Origin: Diplonema japonicum | Taxonomy: Eukaryota; Protista; Euglenozoa: Diplonemea | Length of the DNA: 64,000 nt | NCBI GenBank assembly: GCA_964019335.1 | Contig: OZ025749.1 | Span: 62,001-126,000, forward strand | Direction: 5' to 3' | Part shown: positions 33,245 to 44,455 of the stretch, in pieces | Layout: every line of letters starts with the position of its first letter | How positions within the stretch are numbered: position 1 is the first letter of the stretch | Translations under genes and position numbers: made by a program | Notes under the pieces: generated by a model | The model's input: only the letters and a program-made list of their open reading frames with translations | What the model was told of the DNA's origin: nothing | Databases searched by the model: none

Positions 33245-34291
33245 ATGGAAAATCTCCCGATCACAATTAACGACCACAAGCTGGGCGAGTGGCTCCACGA
33301 CCGGGAATGCGACTTCACCAAGAAACACGGCCCACAGTACACCGAGCTGACAGGGCTGGCACCCAAAATCACAAGGCTGGTGAAATACGAGATCCCGGGC
33401 CTGAAGGAGGTGATCGCAAAATGCATGAAAATCGAGGCAGAAGTGGAGCGCAAAGAAGCTGAATTGGAAAAAACAGCCAAAAGCCACGAGGAGAGCATAC
33501 GAGCGTGGGACGAATCCTTCGGCACCGACGAGAAAACAGCGAGGAGCCGCGCGAAGGAGAAACAAGAAGTTCTCGAGAGGGAAATCCACGAGGCGGCAAG
33601 ACAATGTCAACCAGCTATAATATATTACAAGGACTTTACAAGGACGACGAACCCGAACACTGTCGTTGAGCTGCGGCACCTCACCGCACTAATCAGCGAA
33701 GACCCCCGCCCCGTCCCACCCCCATCTTGTTCAATATCGTCCCGCGGAGCAGAATCTATTGATTGGGGCGATTTTGGTCTTGAAGACGAAGGACATGAAG
33801 AACAAGAAGAAAAAGAAGAAGAAGCACACCTTTCTGAGCATCACATAGTTCTCGAACCCGCCACGGAGGAGCAGATGACCAAAGATGGTGTGCTGGACGA
33901 CCTGACCGAACTCATGACTTTTTACCAGTTTGTCGATCCCACTCAAGAACACCTCTCGCTCCCACCTTTCTGTGCGGGCGGACGTGAAGCGGTGTCGAAC
34001 CTTATCGGGCTGCTTACAAGCCCAGAGTACGTGCATCTCGACATGCTGCAAAGAGAGGAACCATACCTGCACCGGCTCCTCGCCGAGGTGCGGCAAAAAA
34101 AACATCTTGCGGCCCAAACAAGGGCAAGGATACGGAAGAACACTGAAAGACTAGATAGAGCGCTACAGGGTATTTTTTTTTTTTTTTTTTTTTTTTCTTT
34201 CTTTTTTTTTTTTTCTTTCTTTCTTTTCTTTTTTTTTGTCATGTGGGTTTGCTGCCGGTCTTAGCATTAGCACTTCCCTTGTTTGTCTTAG

Positions 34292-34325
<34 letters not shown>

Positions 34326-34484
34326 AAGAAAAAAAAAAAAAAAACAGACCTCGCTGCGGCACAGCAACAGCTCGCCACGTCGCGTGAACAGGCGAGGGCT
34401 TGCAAGGAAGAGGTGCAGACCACCCTCGGCAGGTGGTACAAACCGAGAAAGGTCTACTTAGTTGGTGACATTGAGAATATTTAA
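33245..34484 (+). CDS. CDK5RAP3: CDK5RAP3/C53-like protein (UFMylation / ER-phagy adaptor), two exons
   Basis: LPITINDHKLGEWLHDR N-terminus, VKYEIPGLK, IDWGDF motif, C-terminal RKVYLVGDI. Intron 34170-34347 joins RALQ|DLAAAQQQ. Confidence 0.8.
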
Positions 34485-34606
34485 AAGACTGCTTACCGAG
34501 TTTTTTTTTTTCCCCCCTCTTTTTTTTTAATCTGTTCTGTTTCCCCCTCCCCATCCATGAAAGGCCACATTACACTTTAAAAAATAAAAGAAATAAAGAG
34601 AAAAGC

Positions 34607-37600
34607 ATGCCGCGGGTTTACAGCCGAAAGAAACTCGAGCAAGAGGTGGCGCAGGTGCGGAAGGTAGCGCCCCCCTCCTCAGATATGGAAGACAGTGTGG
34701 AGTCGCAGAAGGTAGTGTGGGCGGAAGGGGGCAACGAGAGGCCTTGTGTCCACGACCTCCCCGTCACGTTGTCTCCGTCCTCTAGAGCCGTCAGCCCCGC
34801 TGCCTCGACATTTGTCACCGTCGAAGGCAGTTCTGCGTGCCTGGTTGATTCGTCTTTCAGCATGTTCGGGACCACGCCTGAGGCCTCATGCTCACCGCTG
34901 CCTTCGTGTGTCTCGTTTGTGTTCTCCTCGTCTTCTGACGTGAAGACGCCGACACCGCATCCTGCCGCTCATCCAGCAGCCCCGCAAGGTCCCAGAGCAG
35001 CACCTTCAACACCCGCATCGAAGGGGTTTGCGAAGGTCGTTGAAGTAAGGGAACCGGTACACCAACCACAGGTGGAGGAGGTGAAAGCAACACCCTTTGC
35101 GTCACGGGTGGAGGAGGTGAAAACAACACCCTTTGCACCACAGGTGGAGGAGGTGAAAGCGACACCCTTTGCGCCACAAATGGGAGAAGTGAAAGCAACA
35201 CCCTTTGCACCACAGGTGGAGGAGGTGAAAACAACACCCTTTGCGTCACGGGTGGAGGAGGTGAAAGCAACACCCTTTGCACCACAAGTGGAGGAGGTGA
35301 AAGCAACACCCTTTGCACCACCTTTAAAGGTTAAAGCAACCCCCCGCACAGCTGCACCGCCGGTGATCAAGGATCCACAGGAACCCCTTCAAGCGGTAGC
35401 CACGCCTCCTGTAGAGGCAGTCAAGCCGAGGCGGAAGAAGCGAAGAGTGGAACAAACACCTTCACCGGAAGAGTTAATGCCGCTGCCCGCTGTGCAGGGT
35501 GGTGACGTGTACCTGGTGCGTCTGACGATGAAGGGGTTCAAGTCTTTCAGGGACAGGACGGTGGTGGAGCTGAGCGAAGGGTTCAACTGCGTTGTGGGGG
35601 TGAATGGGAGCGGGAAGTCGAACGTGTTGGACGCGCTGTGCTTCGTGCTGGGGATGCCCTTGAGGTACACACGGTGCAAGCACCTCAAGGACTGCATCAA
35701 CAACCAGAGCAAACAGGCCACTGTCTCCGTGGTTTTGAAGGTGGCCAGCGAAATCAAAACTGTATCAAGAGACACAGCACGAGGGTACACCCTCAACGGG
35801 ACCAAAACAACACACGACGGGGTCAAAACATTCTTCAAGATGCTCGGAGCCGACGTGACCTTCCCGCAAAGGTTCGTCATCCTGCAACAGCAAACCTCAA
35901 GCCTGTTGAACTCTACCCCTTTGGAAATGCTGCGTTACGTCGAAGACCTGTGCGGGGGGGGACAGCTCCGGGATGAGACAGCCGAACTGAAGACAAAATT
36001 GTCCGCTTTAAACCTCAAACTGGGAAACCTCAACGCAAAACACGCAGAATATCTCGAAGCAGAAGAAACGGGCAAATGCTTGTTCAAGAAATGGGAGGCC
36101 GTCCAACAAGGGTACACCGCGCTCAAAACCGCTGAGATCGACTGGTGTGTGAAGGCAGCAAGGTCGTTACAAGAAACTCTGCTCGAGACCGACGCAAAAA
36201 TACGGTGTTTGAACGACAAACACGCGAAAGCTGCAAAGTCACACACCGACGCGAAATCCCATTTCGAAGCAACTGTACGCGCCACCCACGATGCCGCAGA
36301 CAGCGTGAATAAATGCGAACGGGATATTGAAAATCTGCGTGACGATGTAAAACAAGCGCAAAAGAACCATGCCATGGAACTGAGAAAAACACGGGACTCG
36401 GAACTATCAAGGAAAGCGATCGCAATCGCCACAGAAGAGATCACCGCAAACTCGCGTACTCTCAAAGACCTAGAAACGGAAGCAGCTGTATTGCGGCAAA
36501 CCATCGCCGCCGACGGCGGTTCCCGACAATGGAGCGCGAGCTGCGGCATCGTTGTCCGGTTGATGGCCGAACTTTCGCTGATCGCCGAGAAAACCAAACT
36601 GCTGGAGGGGAGGATCGCGGGCTTGAAGCACGAGGTGGACCACGACGCAACGCTCCTCAAGCAAACCTCGAAAACCCTACAAAACTCCACCAACGACCTC
36701 CTCAAAACCGGGCATAAGATCAAACAGATCCGAGACACCGCAAAGAAACTCTCCTCATGTCCCCGCGAAACCAGATTCGAGACAACGGTGAGATCTCTTC
36801 TCGGCGGTGATGTCTTCGGCTGTGCATCACACTGGGTACGCGTGGCAATTGAGGAGCATGAAAAACCGACAAATAACGTTTTGAAGAATTGTTTGCAAGG
36901 TACAGTGTACGTGGGTGCACGTGACGCAGCACTGTCGGTGGTAGAGAAGTTCAGCGAGGGTAAAGTAGGGAGGGTATCATGTGAAATCCTCCCCCCTTGG
37001 TACGGAGACACCGCTACAGCACCGCAGCAAACCACGGCTCAAAGGTACCCTGTACCGTTGCATTCCGTCTTGCACGAGAGACAACAAAACAGCGATGCCG
37101 GGAAAAGAATCCTCGCCTTCCTTAAAAGGATTGCGTCGTCGTGGGTCATCGTGGAGAGTTTTGCAGACGGACAGCTTGCGTTGAAATCAGGACTTCAAGC
37201 CGTCGATCGCAACGGGAACCTGTACAAGAAAAACGGCGAGTACGCGACATCCGAGAACTCCTCGAGGAGATCCTGGATGCTCACTCACGACACCCCACAA
37301 GATTATGCAACAGGCGGACCCGAACAGGACGATCCGCAAACCATTTTGAAAACCCTCGAAGACGAGCAATTCAAACTGAACACGGCCGTGGTGTCTTTAA
37401 GGGAACGGAAACTCCGTCTGGAAACCAAACTAAAACAGATGCAACGGGGTCTCTCCACGCTCCACTACGAGCTGGGTTCTCTCACCCTCGCCAAGAAGCA
37501 GAAGGAAACAGCTGTCGGACACCACGATCTGCAAGGCATGGACCACCCGCTTTTACAAAAAATGTCCTACCACCAATCGCGCCTCGACAGAATCGAAGAA

Positions 37601-38629
37601 CAACTCCTCACAACCCGTTCGATACTAGAGGTGAACACAATGAGAGCGAATACATTGAAAACAGCAGAGAACGATGTAACACCGGGCAACGGGGCTGAAA
37701 GACTAGACAGTTTGAAAACCGCAAAGCAAAATTTAAAACGTGCAAACAGCGAGCTGGACGACTGCAAGGACAGGCTCGCAGTGAAAACTGAACAGAAGCT
37801 TCAATGCGATACAGCACGCACCGCGCTGAGCCGTCTTCAAGCATCTATTATGAAGGATATCAAGGAAGCCGAAACAGCTCGTTGCGAAACATCCAAAAAG
37901 CTATCGAGCATCCTCCACAACATACCGTTAAAGGATCGGACTGCCGTTGAAAGAAGCGTTGCTGCGACGACCCCGATGCGGGTGCTTCTCGATGAACAGG
38001 AAACTCTGTGCGTGAGGAAGGCCGCTCTGCAGGAAGGGTTGAAACTGCTCGACGGGGAACGCCTCTCCGTCCACCTTGAAAAAATGCGGGATTTCGTGGT
38101 TTTGAAATCGGAGGAACAATCCTGTGCTAATGAAATACACGATCGCAACATGGAGCTGGATGCTGTGATGGAAAAAAGAGCGGAGATCGTTAAAAAAACT
38201 GTTGAAACCATCAATTCCGAACTTTATTCTGTATTTAGTGCGTTGACGGAAAGGGGTTGCGGGTGTGTGTTCACAGTGCCGGACAGCAAGGGAGCGTTGT
38301 TTGCAAACGGTATCTCATTGCTTGTGAAGCCGACACCGGAAGGAGACTGGTGCGCTCCGTCGCGTCTCTCCGGCGGCCAGCGTGCTCTCACCGCTGCGGC
38401 TATATTGACTTCCTTCCGTGCTGCTTTCCCGTCGCCGTTTTGTTTGCTCGACGAGGTCGATGCCTCGCTCGACTCCTTGAAAACCGCGAAGCTTGCGCAG
38501 CTTGTCGCGAATCACCCCAAGCAAACTGTCTGCATCTCATTACGCCACCAACTGTACACCGCCGCGCAAACCATCATCGGGGTTTACCAGGAAGGCGGGT
38601 CGAGCAGGGTTGTAATGGCGGCCTTTTGA
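34607..38629 (+). CDS. Divergent SMC-family ATPase (SMC2-like head motifs) with ~295-aa repetitive N-terminal extension
   Basis: KGFKSF, Walker A GVNGSGKSNVLDALCFVLG, Q-loop FVILQQ, coiled coils, signature LSGGQ, Walker B/D-loop LLDEVDASLD. Confidence 0.88.
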   Translation: MPRVYSRKKLEQEVAQVRKVAPPSSDMEDSVESQKVVWAEGGNERPCVHDLPVTLSPSSRAVSPAASTFVTVEGSSACLVDSSFSMFGTTPEASCSPLPSCVSFVFSSSSDVKTPTPHPAAHPAAPQGPRAAPSTPASKGFAKVVEVREPVHQPQVEEVKATPFASRVEEVKTTPFAPQVEEVKATPFAPQMGEVKATPFAPQVEEVKTTPFASRVEEVKATPFAPQVEEVKATPFAPPLKVKATPRTAAPPVIKDPQEPLQAVATPPVEAVKPRRKKRRVEQTPSPEELMPLPAVQGGDVYLVRLTMKGFKSFRDRTVVELSEGFNCVVGVNGSGKSNVLDALCFVLGMPLRYTRCKHLKDCINNQSKQATVSVVLKVASEIKTVSRDTARGYTLNGTKTTHDGVKTFFKMLGADVTFPQRFVILQQQTSSLLNSTPLEMLRYVEDLCGGGQLRDETAELKTKLSALNLKLGNLNAKHAEYLEAEETGKCLFKKWEAVQQGYTALKTAEIDWCVKAARSLQETLLETDAKIRCLNDKHAKAAKSHTDAKSHFEATVRATHDAADSVNKCERDIENLRDDVKQAQKNHAMELRKTRDSELSRKAIAIATEEITANSRTLKDLETEAAVLRQTIAADGGSRQWSASCGIVVRLMAELSLIAEKTKLLEGRIAGLKHEVDHDATLLKQTSKTLQNSTNDLLKTGHKIKQIRDTAKKLSSCPRETRFETTVRSLLGGDVFGCASHWVRVAIEEHEKPTNNVLKNCLQGTVYVGARDAALSVVEKFSEGKVGRVSCEILPPWYGDTATAPQQTTAQRYPVPLHSVLHERQQNSDAGKRILAFLKRIASSWVIVESFADGQLALKSGLQAVDRNGNLYKKNGEYATSENSSRRSWMLTHDTPQDYATGGPEQDDPQTILKTLEDEQFKLNTAVVSLRERKLRLETKLKQMQRGLSTLHYELGSLTLAKKQKETAVGHHDLQGMDHPLLQKMSYHQSRLDRIEEQLLTTRSILEVNTMRANTLKTAENDVTPGNGAERLDSLKTAKQNLKRANSELDDCKDRLAVKTEQKLQCDTARTALSRLQASIMKDIKEAETARCETSKKLSSILHNIPLKDRTAVERSVAATTPMRVLLDEQETLCVRKAALQEGLKLLDGERLSVHLEKMRDFVVLKSEEQSCANEIHDRNMELDAVMEKRAEIVKKTVETINSELYSVFSALTERGCGCVFTVPDSKGALFANGISLLVKPTPEGDWCAPSRLSGGQRALTAAAILTSFRAAFPSPFCLLDEVDASLDSLKTAKLAQLVANHPKQTVCISLRHQLYTAAQTIIGVYQEGGSSRVVMAAF
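35066..35345 (+). repeat. 36-bp coding minisatellite, 7 units plus 1 degenerate (PQVEEVKATPFA)
   Basis: Directly visible tandem repeat in DNA and protein. Confidence 0.95.
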
Positions 38630-38786
38630 AAGAAGAAAAAAAAAAAGAAAAAAAATCCATCTCGCATCCTTTTTTTTTTTTTTTTTTTGGAACAATACAA
38701 AAAAAACTTTTTTTTGAATTAAAAGAAAAAAAAAAAATCCCCTCCCCCAAGGAACAAAGAAAAAAAAAAAAAAAAAAAAAAAAAAG

Positions 38787-40420
38787 ATGTCGGCGGACCT
38801 GGAGGTTGATTCCAAAGATGTCATCAAGCTGTTGATGCAGTTCTGCGAGGAGAACGGTTTGGGGAAGACGTACGAGGCGCTGCAGGAGGAGTCCGGGGTG
38901 ACGCTCAACACGGTGGAGAGCGTGGACGGCTTCCAGGCAGACATTAAGAACGGGAGATGGGACACCGTACTCAAAGCCGTGAGCTCAATGGTCCTCCCGA
39001 GCGAGAAACTATGTGATCTGTACGAACAAATTCTAGTGGAAATGGCGGAGGTGGGGGAAATGGACGTGGCAAGGCAAATCTTAAGAGAAACAGACGTTTT
39101 GAGACACATGAGCGAAACTCAACACGAACGCCACGCAAGGCTGGAAAATCTGTGCAACAAAACTTTTTTCGAGATCCGCGACGCTTACCCCAACGGCGCG
39201 AATAAAGAGAAGAGACGAGCATACCTCGCAACACAACTTTCAACAGAGATTACTGTAGCCCCAAAATCACGTTTACTGACGCTTCTCTCCCATGCTTTAA
39301 AGTACCAAAGACAAGCTGGAACCCTTCCAGACACAGCGCGGTACGACCTTTTCAGAGGTATCGTCCATGTTCACTCTGAGATCCATGAGACACACCCCAC
39401 CGCTGAAGCTCGTTCCATTAAATTCTCGGCCAACGTCACACCAGAGTGCGCGGCGTTTTCACCAGACGGATTCTTCTTCGGGACGGGCTCGCTGGACGGT
39501 TTCATCGAAATATGGGATATTGAAACAGGCAAGCTTCGCACAGACCTTTCATACCAAAAAGCGGGCAAACTTATGATGCACGACACATGTGTGTTGTGTT
39601 TGAATTTCTCCGCCGACGGGAATATGCTATTATCGGGATGTCAAAACGGTGTGATCCGTGTGTGGAAGGTTTCGACGGGGGTGTGCTTGAGAAAATTTGA
39701 GAGGGCTCATTCTAAGGGTGTCACATCGGTGAAGTTTACACGGGATGGATCGCAGGTTTTGAGTACTTCCTTCGACGGCACCGCAAAAGTTCACGGATTG
39801 AAGAGTGGGAAGGTGGGCATGAAAGAGTTTCGAGGCCATACTTCTTACGTAAACTCGGCTTATCAAAACGAATCTAGTACTTATTTATACACCTCTTCCG
39901 CCGACGGTACCGTGAGAATCTGGGATTTCAGGTCGCTCTCACTGCTGTCCACCATCTCGCCCCCGTCGTCGCACTCCTTGTCCGACCCTCCTGCTTACTT
40001 TGATGTGATTTCGATCCCACACACAGAGTTCGTTCTGCTGTGCTCCCGCAATCCTTTTATTGAAATCTTCGACACGACCATCGGGAAGGTGGTGAAGACT
40101 ATTCGGTCAGGAAAGTCCTCTGGTGGTGACTTCGTCGCGGTTGCCGTGTCTCCAAAAGGGTATGATGAAGGGGGGAAAAAAAAAATCCCCCCCTAGGGAA
40201 TGGATCTACTGTGTTGGAGAGGACAAGCTTCTCTACTGCTTCCACTATGCCAAGGAGGAGCTTTCGCATACAATGAAGGTATTTTTCCTCAAAAAAAAAA
40301 GTTTAAAAAAGTTTTTATTAGGTATCGGATAAGGACATAATCGGGTTGACGCACCACCCCCTCAGGAATTGTATTGCCACATGGGGGATGGACTCGTTCG
40401 TGAGGCTTTGGACCCCATGA
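38787..40420 (+). CDS. SMU1: SMU1 WD40 spliceosomal protein, three exons
   Basis: LisH/CTLH N-terminus (DVIKLLMQFCEEN...LQEESGVTLNTVES), WD40 repeats. Introns 40160-40196 and 40279-40321 give SPKG|EWIYCVGED and MK|VSDKDIIGLTHHP...VRLWTP*. Confidence 0.94.
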
Positions 40421-40562
40421 GGAAAAAAAAAAAAAAAAAAAAGAGGAGGCGAGGGAGAAAAAAAAAAAATCACAAAAGTTGTGGGGGGGTTTTTTTTTTA
40501 AACAGTTTTTGCATCCTATTGTTACGTTTCCAAGGCCGGAGGGGGAGGGGGCAAAAAGAAAA

Positions 40563-41555
40563 ATGAGCATCACAGTGTTCATCCGAACGCCTTCCGAGGT
40601 GCACCCCGTGGAAATATCCGGTAACGAGACGCTTCGATCCTTACACGACAAGGCTGCAGAGGCCGCTGGTGTAACGACAATCTCACTTGAGTACGAAGGC
40701 GCATTTCTACAGAATAACCCAAACCACCGTGTGCACGACACGGACCTCGTGGAAGGGTGCGAGCTGTTGGTGGCGAAACGCGACACGTTCCACGTCCATA
40801 TTGACAGCCTTGAAAAACAGGAAAAATCGATCAAACTACATTTAAAGGAGACCCCAAACCTTCTTCTTGTTGTAGATGCCTCTGAACAATATGGGACCTC
40901 ACTAAACTTCGCGTTACCACAAGGGGTAAAGCGTCTGAAAATAGAGGACTCGACAGATCGGCGTGAAAAGGTTTCAGGGTGCAAGATACTAAGGGACAAT
41001 GGAGGCTGTGGAAGTCTTGTCGAGATGGTGGTTGATCTTCCTCTTGCAACGGGTGTGCACTGGGGGTTTCTAGCTTGTTTCGCTTCTCTTGAACGTGTGG
41101 ACCTGAGCAACATGACGGAGATGAAGACGGTTGAGGGATCATTCCTGAGCAATTGTCCGAACTTGATGTCTGTCGACCTCCCGCCTTCGCTGACCGCGGT
41201 CGGGGATGATTTTCTAAGCGGCAACTCTAACCTGACGTCTATAAATTTGTCCGCCCTGCGAGGCGTTGTCACCATTAGAGACAAATTCCTGGCCTCATCA
41301 GGAATTACTACAGTCGATTTGTCGCCGCTGGCAAACGTTCGGAAAATTGGGTTTTTTTTCCTTTCCAGGACACCGTTAAGAGCGGTAGATGTGTCGCCGC
41401 TCAAGCATGCGGAGGACATCGGGGGCATGTTTCTGTTCGGGTGCGTGTTCCTGAAGCAGGTCGACCTCTCACCGTTGCAGGTCGATGTGAAAAGCTGGGT
41501 GGACTACGAATCTAGCTCGGAGGAGGACCCCTTTCCCTTTCTCCTATTTGATTGA
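40563..41555 (+). CDS. Ubiquitin-like + LRR family protein, member 1
   Basis: MSITVFIRTPSEVH..ETLRSL..LEYEG Ubl-like N-terminus; BspA-like repeats FL...L..VDLSPL..V..IG. ATG follows an A-rich run. Confidence 0.82.
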   Translation: MSITVFIRTPSEVHPVEISGNETLRSLHDKAAEAAGVTTISLEYEGAFLQNNPNHRVHDTDLVEGCELLVAKRDTFHVHIDSLEKQEKSIKLHLKETPNLLLVVDASEQYGTSLNFALPQGVKRLKIEDSTDRREKVSGCKILRDNGGCGSLVEMVVDLPLATGVHWGFLACFASLERVDLSNMTEMKTVEGSFLSNCPNLMSVDLPPSLTAVGDDFLSGNSNLTSINLSALRGVVTIRDKFLASSGITTVDLSPLANVRKIGFFFLSRTPLRAVDVSPLKHAEDIGGMFLFGCVFLKQVDLSPLQVDVKSWVDYESSSEEDPFPFLLFD

Positions 41556-41642
41556 AAAAAAAAAAAAAAAAAAAAAAAATTGTTTTTTTTATAACACCAC
41601 AAGAAAAAAGTATTTTTAAGGGAAAAAAAAAAAAAAAAAAAA

Positions 41643-42503
41643 ATGTCGAGGGAAAAAAAAATCCCTACGGAGGTGGAATTTCTAGTCAGCGGGTTGGCTG
41701 CCATGGGTGCCATCACGGTCACCAATCCCATGGACGTGGTTAAGACCCGCATGCAGATAGAGAAGAGAGGCTGCGGGCAAGGCATCTTCGGCACCCTGAA
41801 AAACCTCGTTCTAAAAGAGGGCACCCGCGGCTCCTCCAAAGGCCTCACCGCCGCATGGGCGTTGCAGTTCACCAACGTGGGGACCCGTTTTGGAGGATAT
41901 GCTTATATCAAGGATGCCGTCGGGATCAAAGAGGGCGGCGTTGCCTCATGGACGAAATTACTACTTGCGGGAGGTCTTTCCGGGGCACTAGCAGGCCTCG
42001 TTTCGAACCCGTTTTTTCTCATGAAAACTAGAATGCAAGCGGTGGAAGGTACGGCGCAGGCGATCACCCTGAGAGCGACGATATCTGAAATATATTCAGC
42101 AGGAGGTGTTCTTGGGTTTTGGCGAGGGTGTCCTGCGTTTATACCTCGTGTTGCCGCAGCCTCCTCGGTGCAGCTATCTACTTACGACACCACTAAAGCT
42201 TTTATAAGTTCTGTGTCTTCGCTCACTGGGTTTCCCTTGTTTTTTATGTCGTCGTGGGTGACAGGTCTTGCGGTTGTTCTCGCCATGCAACCGTTTGACT
42301 TCTCTGCCACGCGTTTGATGAGCTCGCGTGACCCTTCCGCCTCGGTCTTGACGGTGCTCCGGGACACGGTCAGTAAAGAAGGGTTCGCAGCCATCTATCA
42401 AGGCACCACCGCGAATTATTTGAGGTTCGGCCCGTATTGCATTCTGGTGTTTTTGTTCGCCGAGGAGCTCCGGGCGGTGTACCGAGATACCTTGAGCGAA
42501 TAA
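41643..42503 (+). CDS. Mitochondrial carrier (SLC25; OAC1/SLC25A34-35-like)
   Basis: Three carrier repeats: PMDVVKTRMQ, PFFLMKTRMQ, PFDFSATRL; YLRFGPY. Confidence 0.9.
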   Translation: MSREKKIPTEVEFLVSGLAAMGAITVTNPMDVVKTRMQIEKRGCGQGIFGTLKNLVLKEGTRGSSKGLTAAWALQFTNVGTRFGGYAYIKDAVGIKEGGVASWTKLLLAGGLSGALAGLVSNPFFLMKTRMQAVEGTAQAITLRATISEIYSAGGVLGFWRGCPAFIPRVAAASSVQLSTYDTTKAFISSVSSLTGFPLFFMSSWVTGLAVVLAMQPFDFSATRLMSSRDPSASVLTVLRDTVSKEGFAAIYQGTTANYLRFGPYCILVFLFAEELRAVYRDTLSE

Positions 42504-42513
42504 ATGGAGATGG

Positions 42514-42545
<32 letters not shown>

Positions 42546-42642
42546 AGGGCGTTCCTGGCAGAGGAATGCTTTTTACTTTTTTTTTACTCATATCGCATCG
42601 ATATTCTTTTTAGATCTTCCTTTTTTTTTTTTTTTTTTTTTT

Positions 42643-42761
42643 TTGTTACAAATATTTATCTTTATAACTATATGCAACTTGTGCCGAGCAAAAAACTTTC
42701 GCAGCTTTTTAAAAATCTTTTTTGCTCGTGCGAACAACAAAGACATATTGTCATAAAGAAT
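42643..42761 (+). repeat. Short dispersed repeat, copy B
   Basis: TTATAACTATATGCAACTTGTGCCGAGCA...TGCTCGTGCGAACAACAAAGACATA, shared with copies A and C. Confidence 0.85.
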
Positions 42762-42984
42762 TATTTTTTTTTTTTTTTTTTTACGCGGGTATTCGAAGCA
42801 TTTTTTTTTATTGTGCGCGATGCCCAGCATTCCGAGGAAAAGAGGGGAGGGGAGACAAAAGAAGAAAGCACACATCTTTACATTTATATATATTTTTTAA
42901 TTCTAACTTTTCTTCTTCTTCTTTCTCCTTCTTATTATGTCCCCACAACAACAACAAAAAAAAAAAAGATAAAAAGAAAAAAAA

Positions 42985-44004
42985 ATGCATTCTATTATCG
43001 TTCTCCTCGCTTCTGCGGCAGCAGCGGCGTGGGACGTCACCGTGGAGGAACGCGTGCCGCCGATGGTGTCCCAGTCTGACGGGACATCGGAGTTCTTTCT
43101 GAACTGCAACCCGGCGTTTTTAAAACTTCCGGACGGCTCTCCCGCCTTGATCGTCCGGACGCAAAACTGCTCCTACACAGATCAAAACAAGTGCAAATCG
43201 GGGGACTGGGGGACACTCACCCCGTCACAACTTGTCTTGGTAAAGGCAACAAGCAACAACAACACCTTCCAGTACGCAGATGAATCCCGAATTGTCTTCG
43301 GTCCTGCCAATGTAGGCCCTGCTGCTGCTTACGGAACGGAAGACCCGCGTATTATAAAAAGGCAAAAAGATGGTGTGTATTTTCTAACGTTCACGGCAGC
43401 CATTCGACCTGGTGTTAAAACGTCGTATTTTGCAACTACCTTGAACCCCTCGGACCCATCTGGATGGACGATTCAAGGCGAGATCCCAGGCGCTCCAGGC
43501 GGAGCCGCCTTACTGATTCGCGATGATTCCGTAAATACCACGAATTATATCTTTGCCACTGATGACGGTCTTGCCGGCGCGTTACGCATTGGAACCTCAT
43601 CGAATTTGTACAATTGGACTATGACCGACGATATTTTAATTCAAGGACGGCCCGGGATGTGGGATGCTGGTGGTGTAGCAGCCGGTCCTTCGCCTGTTCG
43701 TTTGACCACGGGAGATTACCTCTTTCTCTACCCAACGGACAACGGGAAAGAATTGCCCATCACCGGTAGGTGTGCCCTCGGATGGGTTATCCTTGACAAG
43801 ACCGACCCCACAACGGTGCTTGCGCGTTCAGATTCGCCTCTTATGGTTGCTACTACACCTTATGAGAAGGAGGGGTGGACGGCCAATGTCATCTTCACAA
43901 CAGGGATTAATGTTTTGGATGAGAAAAATAATGAGTTCATGATTTACTATGGTGCGGCTGACAAGGTCGTCGCAGGGGCGAGGATCAAGGTGCACGTTCC
44001 GTGA
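42985..44004 (+). CDS. Secreted five-bladed beta-propeller glycosidase (GH130-like)
   Basis: Signal peptide; NPAF, YGTEDPRI, ILDKTDPTTVLARS, NVIFTTG and IYYGAADK motifs. Confidence 0.82.
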   Translation: MHSIIVLLASAAAAAWDVTVEERVPPMVSQSDGTSEFFLNCNPAFLKLPDGSPALIVRTQNCSYTDQNKCKSGDWGTLTPSQLVLVKATSNNNTFQYADESRIVFGPANVGPAAAYGTEDPRIIKRQKDGVYFLTFTAAIRPGVKTSYFATTLNPSDPSGWTIQGEIPGAPGGAALLIRDDSVNTTNYIFATDDGLAGALRIGTSSNLYNWTMTDDILIQGRPGMWDAGGVAAGPSPVRLTTGDYLFLYPTDNGKELPITGRCALGWVILDKTDPTTVLARSDSPLMVATTPYEKEGWTANVIFTTGINVLDEKNNEFMIYYGAADKVVAGARIKVHVP

Positions 44005-44455
44005 GGGTTTTTTTTTTTTTTTTTTTTTTTTTCTTCCATCCTCGAAAGGGAAAGATGAAAAGGAGTGGGAGGGAGCGAATCCTTCGCCCTTCCCCTCTTT
44101 TTTTTTTTATTGTATCGTTTTGGCCTCCCCCCCCCATTTTTTTTTTAATGGAGGGAATGAAGGAGATTGCTTCATTATGTTCTTTATTTTTTTCTGACCT
44201 TTGTCTAGAAAACAAAACAAAAAAAAAAAGGTGGGAGCGGGTAACCGCTGACAAAAACGCGTTTTTCTTTTTTTTTTACGGGTTTATACCCGGCACGCCA
44301 ATTCTGCTCTTTCTTTTTTTTTTTTTTTTTTTTTTTTTTACGGGTGAACCAATACACGTTTTTTTTTTCCCCCCCCTTCTTTTTTTTTTCTTTTCTCTCT
44401 TTTTGTGTTTTTTTTAAAAAAAAGTTTTTTTTTTTAGGGGAAAAAAAAAAAAAAA

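Noticed and set aside
35066-35345. 36-bp repeats as a CRISPR array
   Set aside because: Contiguous in-frame coding repeats with no unique spacers and no cas genes; eukaryotic context.
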